DNA of 63,160 bases, counting the filler, from Octopus bimaculoides (lineage: Eukaryota), in the NCBI RefSeq assembly GCF_001194135.2. It is 4 parts of 4 records of this genome, joined end to end, with 100 filler letters (N's around TTAATTAATTAA, not from the genome) between each part and the next. Parts side by side here need not be neighbours in the genome. Positions count along the whole stretch, not along the records: positions 31,656 to 63,160 come from NC_068991.1; 3 more parts are not named here. The stretch is one strand, 5' to 3'. Below, one piece after another: positions 51,800 to 63,160 of the stretch. The notes under the pieces were generated by a model that worked only from the letters and a program-made list of their open reading frames with translations, was not told the origin of the DNA and did no database searches. A program made the translations under genes and the position numbers. How positions within the stretch are numbered: the stretch's first letter is position 1; each line of letters opens with the position of its first letter.

Positions 51800-53560
51800 T
51801 ACACAAGAATACACAACATCGAAGAGAATGGAACAGAATTAGACCCACAACGGGCTAATACCAAACACGCAGAAGACCTAACACAAATCTGCAAAATATG
51901 CAACATCAAAATAAATGAGACAGAATCACACTTGCAGTAGGGAAATACCTGAAGTATGGAAGATCTACTCACAGAAACCTGCACTAAGTTAAATTTACTC
52001 CTTTCAAAAATTGATACAGTCTTCGCAAATTTTGACTTCACAATAAATACAATCCAAACACAAGATATTCTCTCTAAAAATAATCAAGCAAACATAACTG
52101 ACAACACAAATCTCTTGGCGGGACCACCCCAATCACAAAGAAAAATAAATGGAGAAGAAACAAAAACTGACACACACCAAGGAAAACCTTCAAAGCCCCA
52201 AGACCGGAACAAACTTCTAAACCAACGCAAACATGCTTATTGGAAAAGCATTCGTTGTAAGAACATAGCCAACATATACCAAAACTGGCGGGACAAGAAG
52301 AACCCAATACTCCTTAGAAAATTCCTTATCAAAGAAATAAGGGGTGAAACACTGGATAAAACAACAATATGTGCAAATCTAGCTCTATGCTGACTGGAAA
52401 CGGAAATTTCCCTTCTACAAACAAAATATGGCTTGAACATCCACAAATATCTACTAGAAAACTGGAAAGGTTACTTAGATGACTGCCTAATCTTATGGAT
52501 ACATACATTTGAACAACTTATAGATTTCAAAACTCTAATCAACAGCATAACAAATAATTTTAACTTTACCTTGGAATACAGTAAAACTCAACTACAATTC
52601 CTGGATATACTAATCCTCAAAAGCAATAAAAACATTAAAACAGATATTCATTACAAATAAACAGATTCTAAACAATACTTACTGTTTTCTTCATGCCATC
52701 CCAAGCACACAAAGAATAATATTCCTTTTAATCTAACAAGAAGAATCTGCACAATTGTCTCAAACCCTGAAATTTGCAATAAAAGATTCCAGGAACTAAA
52801 ACAAGTACTACTTAAAGAACAATATCCATTAATTTTAAGAGACAACGGAATAGAATGTGCCAAAGCAATAAATATCGAAAAACTACAAAAAATGCTCCAG
52901 ATACATCTAATACTCTACCCTTTATTACAACACACAACCCAAGAAACACAGAGGTTTACAATATTATCCACCAGAACATCCCACTACTAATACAAGACCC
53001 AAGAATGAAAGAGGTATTTGAAATACACAAAATAATCAAAAGTAAAAGACATTCAATGTCCCTCAAAAAATTCCTCACAAATGCAAAATTACCTTCCACA
53101 ATTCCTACACCAACTGTCAAAAAGTGTGCTTGCCCCAATTGCGGGACTTGCATCAATTTTATTGAAGACATAATATACAAATTCAAATCAGGACAGATTT
53201 TTACCATTAAAAATCACTTTACATGTTTTTCCAGGTATTTAATATACACTATCAAATATCAAGGATGTAATGAAGATTAAATAGGTTAGACAAATAGACT
53301 AACCATTCACCAGTACTAGACAAATTCCACTGAGTGGACGCATAGACAAATGTGCAAAGAAATAAGTCCCCCAAATTCCAGGCCATCCCACTCTACCTAT
53401 ATTCTCCGAATACCACAGATGAAGCACAGATAAACAAAACAAAAAAAATACTTTCATGCAAAAGTACAAACCAAGACTTAAACTTTAACAGAGTACATAC
53501 ACAACTAACTATTTACACCCAAAACTTGTTCTGCCACTTAAGATGAGGAACCTATACAGC
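51800..53560 (+). mobile_element. Penelope-like element, Neptune-type, internally deleted
   Basis: RT motif YLDD..FLDILI..TDIHYK*TDSKQYL..SCHPKH; Cys-rich linker CACPNCGTC; GIY-YIG region LIYTIKYQGC... Confidence 0.88.
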
Positions 53561-53984
53561 TAACAACCTAAACTTTAGCCACTAGACTACACAGAAACAA
53601 CTCCTATCCACTCTCCCACCAGACAGATTAAATTTGGAGTGCCTTGACTGTAACTAAACATGTTCACTCAACCATGTCAGGACTTCTTTTTGAGGACAAA
53701 ATATACTGTCACATGACACTAGCAGGAAGATGTAGCAGGAAATGTACAAAAGGTTATAAACTTAATCATGCGTTCATTCTCTACAAACACTTGACAGAAA
53801 ACATTCAGAGCTTTGATTGTTTAGACATGTTCAGGCAACAGTGTCAGCTTTAACATTGTCATCTGATACTAACACATTGACGTAGCAGGGAACCTACAAA
53901 AATTTCTAAAACCAGTCATGTGACTATCCTCTACCAATCAAATCTTATTCAAACATATACTAATTTGAGCCATGAACTCCCTAT

Positions 53985-55445
53985 GTAAATAGGGCAAGAA
54001 TTGGTTCTCAGCCTCCTCTTGTTTCATCATAGTCTTCCAGGCAATAACAGAGAAATCTAAGACAGGCTACTCTTGGGAGCTCCTCTATGCTGATGACCTT
54101 GTTCTTATAGCTGAATCACTACCAGAAATAGAAAAGTTCCAGGTATGGGAGCAAGGTCTAGAATTGAAGGACCTTTGAGTTAACCTAGCCAAAACCAGTC
54201 ATAGTAACTAGGAAGGCAGACAAATCACAAATCCCTTCAGATAGATAGCCCTACTTGATCTGTAGAATAGGCATAAGTAGAATCTCCATAAGATGCACTC
54301 AGTGTAAGCTTTGGACACATAAAAGGTGCAACAAAATCAGAGGAAGGTTGATCGGGAAAAAAGATGTACAGATACAATAAACACTGAAAATGTACAGAAA
54401 ACAGACTCCCTCAACTGCCAGTGGGGAAAGCTAGAGGTAGTAGGTGGCTTCTGTTATCTAGGTGACCAAGTTAGTAGTGGAAGTGGATGCTTCAAGTGCA
54501 GAGCTGTGAGAATAAGATTAGGCTGGGTAAAGTTCAGAGAGCTCCTACTTCTGCTGGCAACAAAGGGTTTCTCACTTAGAGTGAAAGGCAGATTGTATGA
54601 TGCCTGTGTGCAAACAGCTATGCTACATGACAGTAAAACATGGGCTGTAACAGCCGAGGACATGTGTAGGCTTGAAAAAAATGAAGCCTATATGCTTCGT
54701 TTGACGTGCAATGTTTGTGTGTGTGTGTGTTTGACAGAGTGTAAGCATTTTGATAGAAAAATTGGGCAGAAGCATCAGATGTGGAGTGCAAGAGTGACTG
54801 TGCTTGAATGGTCATGTGATGTTTATGGATGAGGCAGCTGTGTAAAAAAAAGTGCCGATTTCCAACTGTTGAGGGAACCTGTGGTAGAAGTAGACCCAGG
54901 AAGACAGAGATGAGATGGTGAAGCATGATCTTCGAACTTTAGGCAGAGGTAATGACTAGTGACCAAGACCTTTGGCGATATGCTGTTCTTGAGAAAACCA
55001 TTAAGCCAAGTGAAATCGTAGTCATGGCTGATGCTGGTGTCATGTAACTGGCACCCATGCCGGTGGCATGTAAAAAGCATGTTTTGAGCATTGGACTTCA
55101 TGAAGGCAAAGTGGCCGGGCTCCTTTTGAGTGTTGGGCCTCATGGAGGCAATGACCAAGACCTTTGGCATTATGTCATGCTTGAGAAAAAGACTCATCAA
55201 GCCAAGTAAAACCACAGTCGTGACAGATACCAGCGTCACACAAATGGCACCTGTGCTGGTGGCACATAAAAGCACCCATTACACTATCAGAGTGGTTGGC
55301 AATAGGAAGGGCATCCAGATGTAGAAACCATGCCAAATCAGACTGGAGTCTGATGTACCCTTCCAGCTTGCCAACCCTGGTCAAACCATCAAACCCATGC
55401 CAGCATGGACAACGGATGTTAAATGGAGATGATGGTAATGATGAC
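53985..55445 (+). mobile_element. RTE LINE fragment: RT core to 3' UTR
   Basis: ELLYADDLV at about 54080; FCYLGDQVSSG..VKGRLYDACVQTAMLH; 3' UTR with tandem subrepeats and a (GAT)-like tail. Confidence 0.9.
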
Positions 55446-56149
55446 ATTTGTTTCTATGAACATCTTTTTCGATATACATTCTCTACATTCATGTTATTAT
55501 ACAAATTGAATTCAATCAGTCTTTATTTAAATCAACTTCTTACTTTGTGTGTGCGCACGCTTGTTCCACATCTCCTTTCTGTCTTCTGTCAACCTCTTTG
55601 TTAATGCTATTTTAATTCAATTTAGTTTAATTTTTGCTTGCTCCATGTCTCCTTTTTGTCATCTTTCTCCTGTCATCCTCTTTGTTAATGCTTACCATGA
55701 TGTTTGCTTATCTATGATGCCCTCACCCTTTCCCACCCCACCACCTATATCAGAAATCTCTCTTCTGTACTGGAACCTTTCGAGGCAGCCCTTCCTTTGC
55801 CACCACCTGCACCCACCCAGTAGTGCCACCCACACTGCTGCAACACAAATGCTGTAGCTTGTTACTTTGCCTCAAAGGAAACAAAAAATAAACACGATCA
55901 TGCTGTACTCAGTTTTATTGCTTAGTTAATTCATTAGTTACTAACTATATATAACAAATTAACTAATCTACTCTCATCAATTATTTAACTTATTTTATTT
56001 GACTGATTTTGTACTAAAATCCCTTGTACCAATGCTGTCTAGCACCTAGACCCAGGGGAGCAGCAAGTGTAATATGAATGATGGGAGATTAAATGTGAGG
56101 ACAACTGTTGTGACATGTTTATTGGCAAACGCTCTTCAGACCTTCTTTT

Positions 56150-58220
56150 CAGATGCCGAAAGCCACAGTTCCCCTTCCTCATATTTCCTTCTTCCTCCCC
56201 ATACATCCTCTCAGAGTTGGCACTGTCAATGTAGGCACATTGAAAGGTAAGTCTGCTAAGAGATCGTTGAGATGTTTGAATGGAGACGTGTCGATGTGTG
56301 CTGCATTCAAAAAGTTAGGTAGAATGGATCTTCAGCCAGGTTCCTCACAGGCAAGAGTTAGGTGGTGTGGGCATATTTCTAGCAGAGAAATGGATCAATA
56401 AGGTGATTGAAGTAGACAGAGTATGTAATAGGGTATGTAGCTTAGTCTAGTTTTACAGAGATGCACAGCAACAACCATCTCTGCCAATGCCCCACCAACC
56501 GAGTCTGCCAAATGAACAAAAGGACAGCTTTTATAACATTCTTCTGCAGGCTACCTCAAAGACAAATTACAGTGACCATATCTTCATGGATGGTGAATTC
56601 AATGGACATGTCAGGCAGCACCCAGGTATTTTCCATGGAGTTCCTGGAGGCCATAAAATTGGTTCCCAAAATGAGAAGGGAACAAGACTGCAACAGTTCA
56701 GTGGTGTGAATGACCTAATGATCTGCAACACCAACTTCAGGAAACCAGCCAGTCACATGATAACCTATAAATCTGGTGACCACACAAGCCAGATTGGCTA
56801 CATTCTCATTAGAAAATGAGATTCATCATTGCTCATAAATGCAAAGACTACCCCTAGTGAAGAATGTACCCCTCAACATAGATTAGTCATCAGTAATTTC
56901 AGACTACAGGCAAGAAGTATTCCAAGAAGCAAGAGAGTTTGAAAAAGAAGGACCTGAAAGCTTAAGGATCTCCTGAAGAGTTAGAGACTTAGAGAATCCT
57001 AACTAATGAGCAGGAGTAGGAGTTATCCTCTGTGTTACAGAGGATAACACAGAGGATAACTGGAAGTTCCTATGAGACAACTTAGTGAGAACCACAGACC
57101 AAATTTGTGGTTGATGCAAAGTCCCAACCAGACCTGGGACCATTAGAGTTAAGAAATAGGACTGGAAGAGTGGTGGTAGTAAAGAACTATATCAAAAAGG
57201 GAAGCTAGGAGGCAGGTATACCTAGCCAGTAGGAAAGCAGAAAGGAAGAATCTTGCTAATGTTCTGCAATATGAGGACCAGCAGCTTGATGTGTTTCAGC
57301 TTGCATGACAGTGTGTCAGAGAAAATTGTGATGTTTTTGGAGAGAAATGCATTCACATAGATGATGGTTCACTTGCAGTTAGTGGCTATGCAAAGAAAGA
57401 GGCTTGGAAGTACCACTATGAAAGGCCACTAACTCATGGGAGGAGAAGTATCTGCCTAGGATGGATCCAACAGAGGGATGAGCTATTCAAATAGACAGTA
57501 GCTTGTTTGATAAAGCCATGAAGAATATGGAGACGGAGAAAGCCCCTGGCCCATTAAAAATCACCACTGAGATACTGTTCGCAGTGAAACATGGGCTGTG
57601 ACTGCAAAGTACATGAAAAGGATTGAGAGAAATGAATCTAGTATGCTCTGCTGGATGTGCAGTGTTAGTGTGCATGTATGACAGTGTAAGCACCTTGAGA
57701 GATGTATTGTGTAAGAGAGTCGTCTGCACTGGTATGGTCATATGATGTATATGGATGAGTACAGCTGAAAGAAGTACTGATTTCTAACTGTAGAGGGAAC
57801 CTGTGGAAGAGGCGGTGAAGTATGATGTATAAAGGTGGAGCCTAACTGAGGCGATGACAAGTGATCGTGACCTTGGATGAGTTGCTGTGTTTGAGATGAC
57901 TCGTCAAGCCAAGTAGCTATTACCGGTGATACATCCTTGCTGGTGATACATCCTTGCTGGTGATACATCCTTGCTGGTGATACATAAAAGTACTAGTGCT
58001 GGTGACATGTAAAAGTACTTGTGCCCATGACACGTAAAAGGTTCTCAATACACCCTTGGAGTGGTTGGCGTTAGGAAGGCCATCTAGCCATAAAAACCAA
58101 GCCAAATTTCAGACTGGAACCTGATGTAACTCTCTGGTTTACCAGTTCCAGCCAAGTTGTCTAATCCATGCCAGCATAGAAAGCAGATGTTAAAGGATGA
58201 TGATGATGATGATGATGATG
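56150..58220 (+). mobile_element. RTE LINE with RT core deleted
   Basis: APE start LRVGTVNVGTLKG; GEFNGHV; NTNFRKPASH; KAPGP then a jump to post-RT sequence; 3' UTR and (GAT)n tail at about 58200. Confidence 0.88.
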
Positions 58221-59089
58221 ATCTATCTAATTATCCTATCTATTGCATGATTTCTAATCACTGCAACCCCTATCTTTAAAGTTATAGGTGCTACATGATG
58301 CTACATCACATACATATATGTATTTTAGTTTCATTTACATTTTCTGGTTTCTTTTATCACCTTTTTATTCTTAGCCACTATTTCTCTTCTATGTTCTTCC
58401 ATGGCTACAATTTCCCCAAACCTTATAGTAAGCTTATTTTAAATCTATTTATTCTTTTTAATCATTAATTTTTCTGTAACATTTTTTCTTGTAACAATTT
58501 TAGTCTTTATTTCCATTTTAATTCTAATTTTTATCATGCGTAACATTTTATTTCTGAGGGGGTTTGTCCCGTTCTCTGTATTTTTTGTATACCTGTTTGT
58601 ATAAGAATAGATGATGTACACAATCCAGTTTATAATTCTAATCTGACTTGCTTTATTGCTTATATATTTCTCTGTTATGGTTATTCACTTTTATCCAACA
58701 CGTTCCATTATTTTGAAAAGTAACTGCCCTACCTAATCATCTTTAAATGCTTATTTGATGGGCTGGTAATCATGAATACCTATAAATATATATAAACCAT
58801 TGCATTGTTCTAAATACTCATGGATGTTTGATGATTAGTTATGTGAAACTCAGAATAACAGTGTATGAAGCCTTTTCAGCTTCAATAAAATACTATTTTA
58901 CTCTACCTATACTATTTTTTTCACCTTGCTTTGCACCTATGTGCTCATGTGCATGTGCGTGCTTATGTGTATGTATGTATATATGTGTATACACACATAC
59001 ACATGAGTGATTGGACAAATGAAAGATAGTGGCACTCAACACATTTGGTAGGAGTTAGATAAATTTCTAATAAGTCTGACTCAGCTTCA

Positions 59090-59710
59090 TATGACAAAGT
59101 TTCATGGGCACAGTGGATGCACCCATCTTATCAGATATCAGAAAAGTAAGATATTTGAGACAAATTCAAGATGGCTTCTTGATGTTAGACCTCGAATGGG
59201 TACCTCAGGTCACATGGTGTTAATGCAGTAGACAAATTTAGAAAGGATCTGATAAAGATCTTCAAAGAATTCAGCTTATTTATGGCAGTTGCCACCAATT
59301 TGACAAAAGTTAACTTCCTAAACTTGGAGGAAACTGTTTACATGCTCAGAAATTCCAACCACTCCCCAGTTATAATTAAAAAACTAGATCACAAGCTTAA
59401 GTAGGAGAATCTCTAAATTATCACTGGACAGAAAGAGATTTTCAACTGGGTCACTTTCCACTATAATGAGGCATTAGCAAGGACTGGATTCACTAATAAA
59501 TTAGCATATATGCAGGACAACCCACACCTAAACCCAAAGAGAGTCAGAAAAAAAGAATGATAATCTAGTTCAGTCCTTCACTCAAATTAGAAGTTTCAAC
59601 TAACATAGCTAGAAGCTTTAGAATTTTCCACAGAATCCACAGGCATTATAAACTCTTCAATCTCTACAAATGTTAAGATCAGTTACTCTAGATTAAACAT
59701 CACTTCAATA
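59090..59710 (+). mobile_element. Penelope-like RT/thumb fragment, Naiad-type
   Basis: DKFRKDLIKIFKEFSL..TNLTKVNFL and RMII*FSPS..VSTNIA..NVKISYS; heavily decayed. Confidence 0.65.
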
Positions 59711-60259
59711 GATGCAAACACACCTTTCTCCCTTACTTACCTGGAACTCACAACTGCCAACTTTGTCTCCACATGGGACTACACATACTCCGTCAACATG
59801 CAGTGTTTATCAACAAGAACAATGTACTGTCTTATTGTTGCCACTAGAGGTACAATCCACATAAACCACCCTTTACCCGGTTGTCCCACACACAAGTGAA
59901 GGGTATTTAAACCCTGCTGCTAGTCTAGACTATAGCCCTACCAACGTTGATCATCCAGCTTCAACTGTAACCCAACACCATCAAATTTGGTTACTTACAT
60001 ATGTGTGCACACATGTTTGTACTGACTAAATTTACTTCCACATAGAGACTGCTACTGCTAATGTGTTAATACTCCACTGAATAACAAGAGAGCTACTGCC
60101 TCACACCAATATTCCATGCTATCTTATGCTGTACCAATACAAGGAACTGATGTTGCTGATTATACTATAGTGCTACTTGTCAACAAAGTGGTGACAGCAT
60201 CCTGCCAACATTCTGTTTGAGCACATGAACCTAAGAATAAAGAAAACAGCTGGTGTTGC

Positions 60260-61389
60260 TTTAAGGTACATAATGCCTTATGAGTTCTAAAAAGGAAACT
60301 CTGTAGCCAAAGCGAATCGAATCATACATGGGAAAGAATGCTTGAATGAAAGAACTTGCAGAAGACGGTTTGCAAAATTCAGAAGTGGAGATTTCAGCCT
60401 TGAAGATGAAGATCGAACAGGATGTCCAGTTGAGTTTCATGATAAGTTCCTTGAGGCATTACTTGAAGAAAATCCTGCATTATCAGTTGAAGAACTGGCA
60501 ATAAAGCTTAGTTCAAACCATACAACTGTTCATCGTCATCTTCAACAACTTGGAAAGGTTCCTAAACTTGGAAAATGGGTGCCTCATGAATTGTCCAAAA
60601 GCAACTGCAAATCCCGAGTTGACATCTGCTCTTCTCTCCATTCTCGCAAACTCATTTCACCCTTTTNNNNNNNNNNNNNNNNNNNNNNNNNNNNNNNNNN
60701 NNNNNNNNNNNNNNNNNNNNNNNNNNNNNNNNNNNNNNNNNNNNNNNNNNNNNNNNNNNNNNNNNNNNNNNNNNNNNNNNNNNNNNNNNNNNNNNNNNNN
60801 NNNNNNNNNNNNNNNNNNNNNNNNNNNNNNNNNNNNNNNNNNNNNNNNNNNNNNNNNNNNNNNNNNNNNNNNNNNNNNNNNNNNNNNNNNNNNNNNNNNN
60901 NNNNNNNNNNNNNNNNNNNNNNNNNNNNNNNNNNNNNNNNNNNNNNNNNNNNNNNNNNNNNNNNNNNNNNNNNNNNNNNNNNNNNNNNNNNNNNNNNNNN
61001 NNNNNNNNNNNNNNNNNNNNNNNNNNNNNNNNNNNNNNNNNNNNNNNNNNNNNNNNNNNNNNNNNNNNNNNNNNNNNNNNNNNNNNNNNNNNNNNNNNNN
61101 NNNNNNNNNNNNNNNNNNNNNNNNCCCAACCTTGCTCCTTCGGACTACCATTTGTTTCGTAGTTTTCAGAATCATATGAAGGACATAACTTTCGCAAGCC
61201 AGGAGGAGGTCGAAACTGACATTTCAGAGTTGTTTGCTTTGATGGGATTAAAGAGCTTGTAAATAGAAGAAAGGAAGTCATAGATAATCAGGGAACATAC
61301 ATTGATGATTAAATTTCAATTAAATATCACAGTTGATCACTTGTTTTCTTTATTCAAAATTCAGACAGAACTTATGGGATGACCTGATA
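60260..61389 (+). mobile_element. 5'-truncated mariner (second family) in the VPS54 intron
   Basis: RRFAKFRSGDFSLEDEDR, WVPHEL and PNLAPSDYHLFRS motifs; 3' terminus ..cagaacttatgggatgacctga then TA; centre hidden by an N gap. Confidence 0.9.
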
Positions 61390-61559
61390 TATATCTTCAG
61401 CATTTGTCTAAGAAACTACATCATTGCAGCATTGGTATACTTTTTCACTTGTTTGTTGATGTTTCAGATCAAACAACCATATGCAAGGATGAGTTCTATG
61501 TATGTCAAATACATGGCTGTCTTTCTTTTCCAACTATATCAAAAGATTTAAATACATAG

Positions 61560-62092
61560 AAAATTCTGTCACCATCATGGAAATAGTCTTGTTTGATATG
61601 CAGAAAAGGAATAGGTAGGAACTCCATATGGTGTACACAATGCAGACTATGGGTGCACAAGAAATGTACTAGAACTGCAGGTAGGCTGGCAGAAAATACT
61701 TTGACTGTAGTAAATATACAAGAGTATGTTTTCAGATAAGGAGTAAAATTTTTTTGATGTTTGAAGGCTTCACAGAAGTAGATGATAGCTTGTTAACAAG
61801 GAAACTTTCTTCAGCAGTGGAAAGAGTACACTGAAAGCATAGTAGCCAGAATAATAACAGGGTGGAAAAAGGTCACAGAGCTGTTGTTATCTCAGCTGAC
61901 AACAAAGTGATTCTCTTTTTGTGCAACAGGAAGATTGTATATTGCTTGTGCACAAAGTATAATGCAACAGGATGGAGAGACATAGGCAAAGACTGGAGGA
62001 AAATGAAGCAAGCTTGCTCCACTGGATGTGCTGGAAAAGGCCCTTCCAATGCATGCAAGCATGAAAAAGTGGACATAAAACAAAGATAATTT
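61560..62092 (+). mobile_element. Decayed RTE fragment plus 3' UTR tail
   Basis: Resembles 54200-54650 (..agtagccagaataataacagggtggaaaaag..) and the RTE-type tail gcatgcaagcatgaaaaagtggacataaa. Confidence 0.6.
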
Positions 62093-62116
62093 CATCAAAA
62101 AAGCTAAGATACTAAC

Positions 62117-62280
62117 ACTGATACATGAAGAAGTTCTGGCACTTGTTCATACTCTGCTGTTGCTGCTAATACATTTTCTTCTTCACATTCATCTGCCCCA
62201 CAGTAATGAATTAATGATGGTGGTTTACCAGGGCGACCAGCAGCTATCATAACAACATGACATATCACGCCGTGAAAAGC
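62117..62280 (-). CDS. VPS54: VPS54 internal coding exon (AFHGVICHVVMIAAGRPGKPPSLIHYCGADECEEENVLAATAEYEQVPELLHVS + 2 nt)
   Basis: Acceptor cctaattttcag|GCT and donor GT|gttagt; 164 nt open, phase 0 to phase 2. Joining to the 45636 exon gives V-S-E-D, as in human VPS54 (..DIMVSED..). Weak similarity to the human ATLNIIHSVV segment; assignment rests mainly on phase and junction peptide. Confidence 0.7.
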
Positions 62281-63117
62281 CTGAAAATTAGGAAGAAGTA
62301 TAATATAAATGGAAACAAATCACAGAATTAGAATAGAATTTTATTAGATGCAGTCATGGCTGTGTAGGTATAGAATTTGTTTTGTTATCACGTGGTCTCA
62401 AATTCTATTACACTGATGAGTACCTTGGGCACACTATAGACTTGGACAGACCAATGCTTTGCAAGTGGATCTGATGAAATAATATGGTATGGGAGCCCAT
62501 TGTTTGTTCATTTAATGCTAGTTTGCATGGGGACTAATGTGAGAAACAATTTTATAGCTGGATGGTCTTCAACTTTTACCAAAAATATTTGAACTCACAA
62601 CAGAGACAACAAGAAAAATTTTACAAGGCAATGTGCTCAATGTTTTGACTCAGCCAATACATTTTGTGTGTGTATGTGTGTGTGTGTGTAAATATGTTCA
62701 GAAGATAAACACATATATACAAGTACATAGATGTTTACATATATTGGCAAATAAATTTACTTTAGATGGAGTATAAAAAATACAGAAGACTATCAGAAGG
62801 ATGTGTAACGGTTGTTGATTGAACAAGAAAGATGAAGAACCGCGGGAAAAGTTCTGACGCAGTGTTGATTCAAATTTGTGTATAGTGGATCGAATCCACT
62901 TCACGCCTGCCAGATTCTTACAGATGCATAGCTTTGAATGTATAGATATATTTCTCTATATATACATATGTGTGCCTGTCCACATGTTTACTATGCATGA
63001 GTAAATCTATAAGTATGTGTATGCACATACAAGCATCTGGGTATGTATACATGTGTGTGTCTATGTGTGTACATATATTTGTATAGGCATACGTTAGTGC
63101 ACGTACATATCCGTATA

Positions 63118-63160
<43 letters not shown>

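Noticed and set aside
62698-62904. ORF near the window end as an upstream VPS54 exon
   Set aside because: No similarity to the expected LADQMR..FLQRVK segment.

Overview
AT-rich, microsatellite-dense animal genomic DNA from a gappy draft assembly (roughly 10% N). The SINE/RTE repertoire looks like Octopus (inference from recalled repeat families, not a database hit). The only host gene I can support is a minus-strand fragment of VPS54 (GARP complex subunit): three phase-compatible coding exons at 62280-62117, 45636-45504 and 40027-39896. Its 5' exons lie beyond the window and I could not find its 3' exons. The rest is repeats and unassigned intronic/intergenic sequence: a full-length decayed mariner, two other mariner remnants, an internally deleted piggyBac, a Gypsy-type pol remnant split by a TIR element with an 8-bp TSD, RTE LINE pieces, Penelope-like (Neptune- and Naiad-type) pieces, tRNA-derived SINEs and several fold-back elements. 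Three identical 44N-TTAATTAATTAA-44N spacers mark artificial joins, so the window is probably four stitched blocks. I found no convincing new biological system. The best leads are long intronic fold-backs in VPS54 (candidate ADAR substrates), an apparent CpG-decay contrast between genic and non-genic repeat copies, two in-frame alternative splice options in VPS54, and an orphan CpG-rich exon-like signal near 24.3 kb. Most long ORFs in the supplied track are artefacts of microsatellites or N runs.
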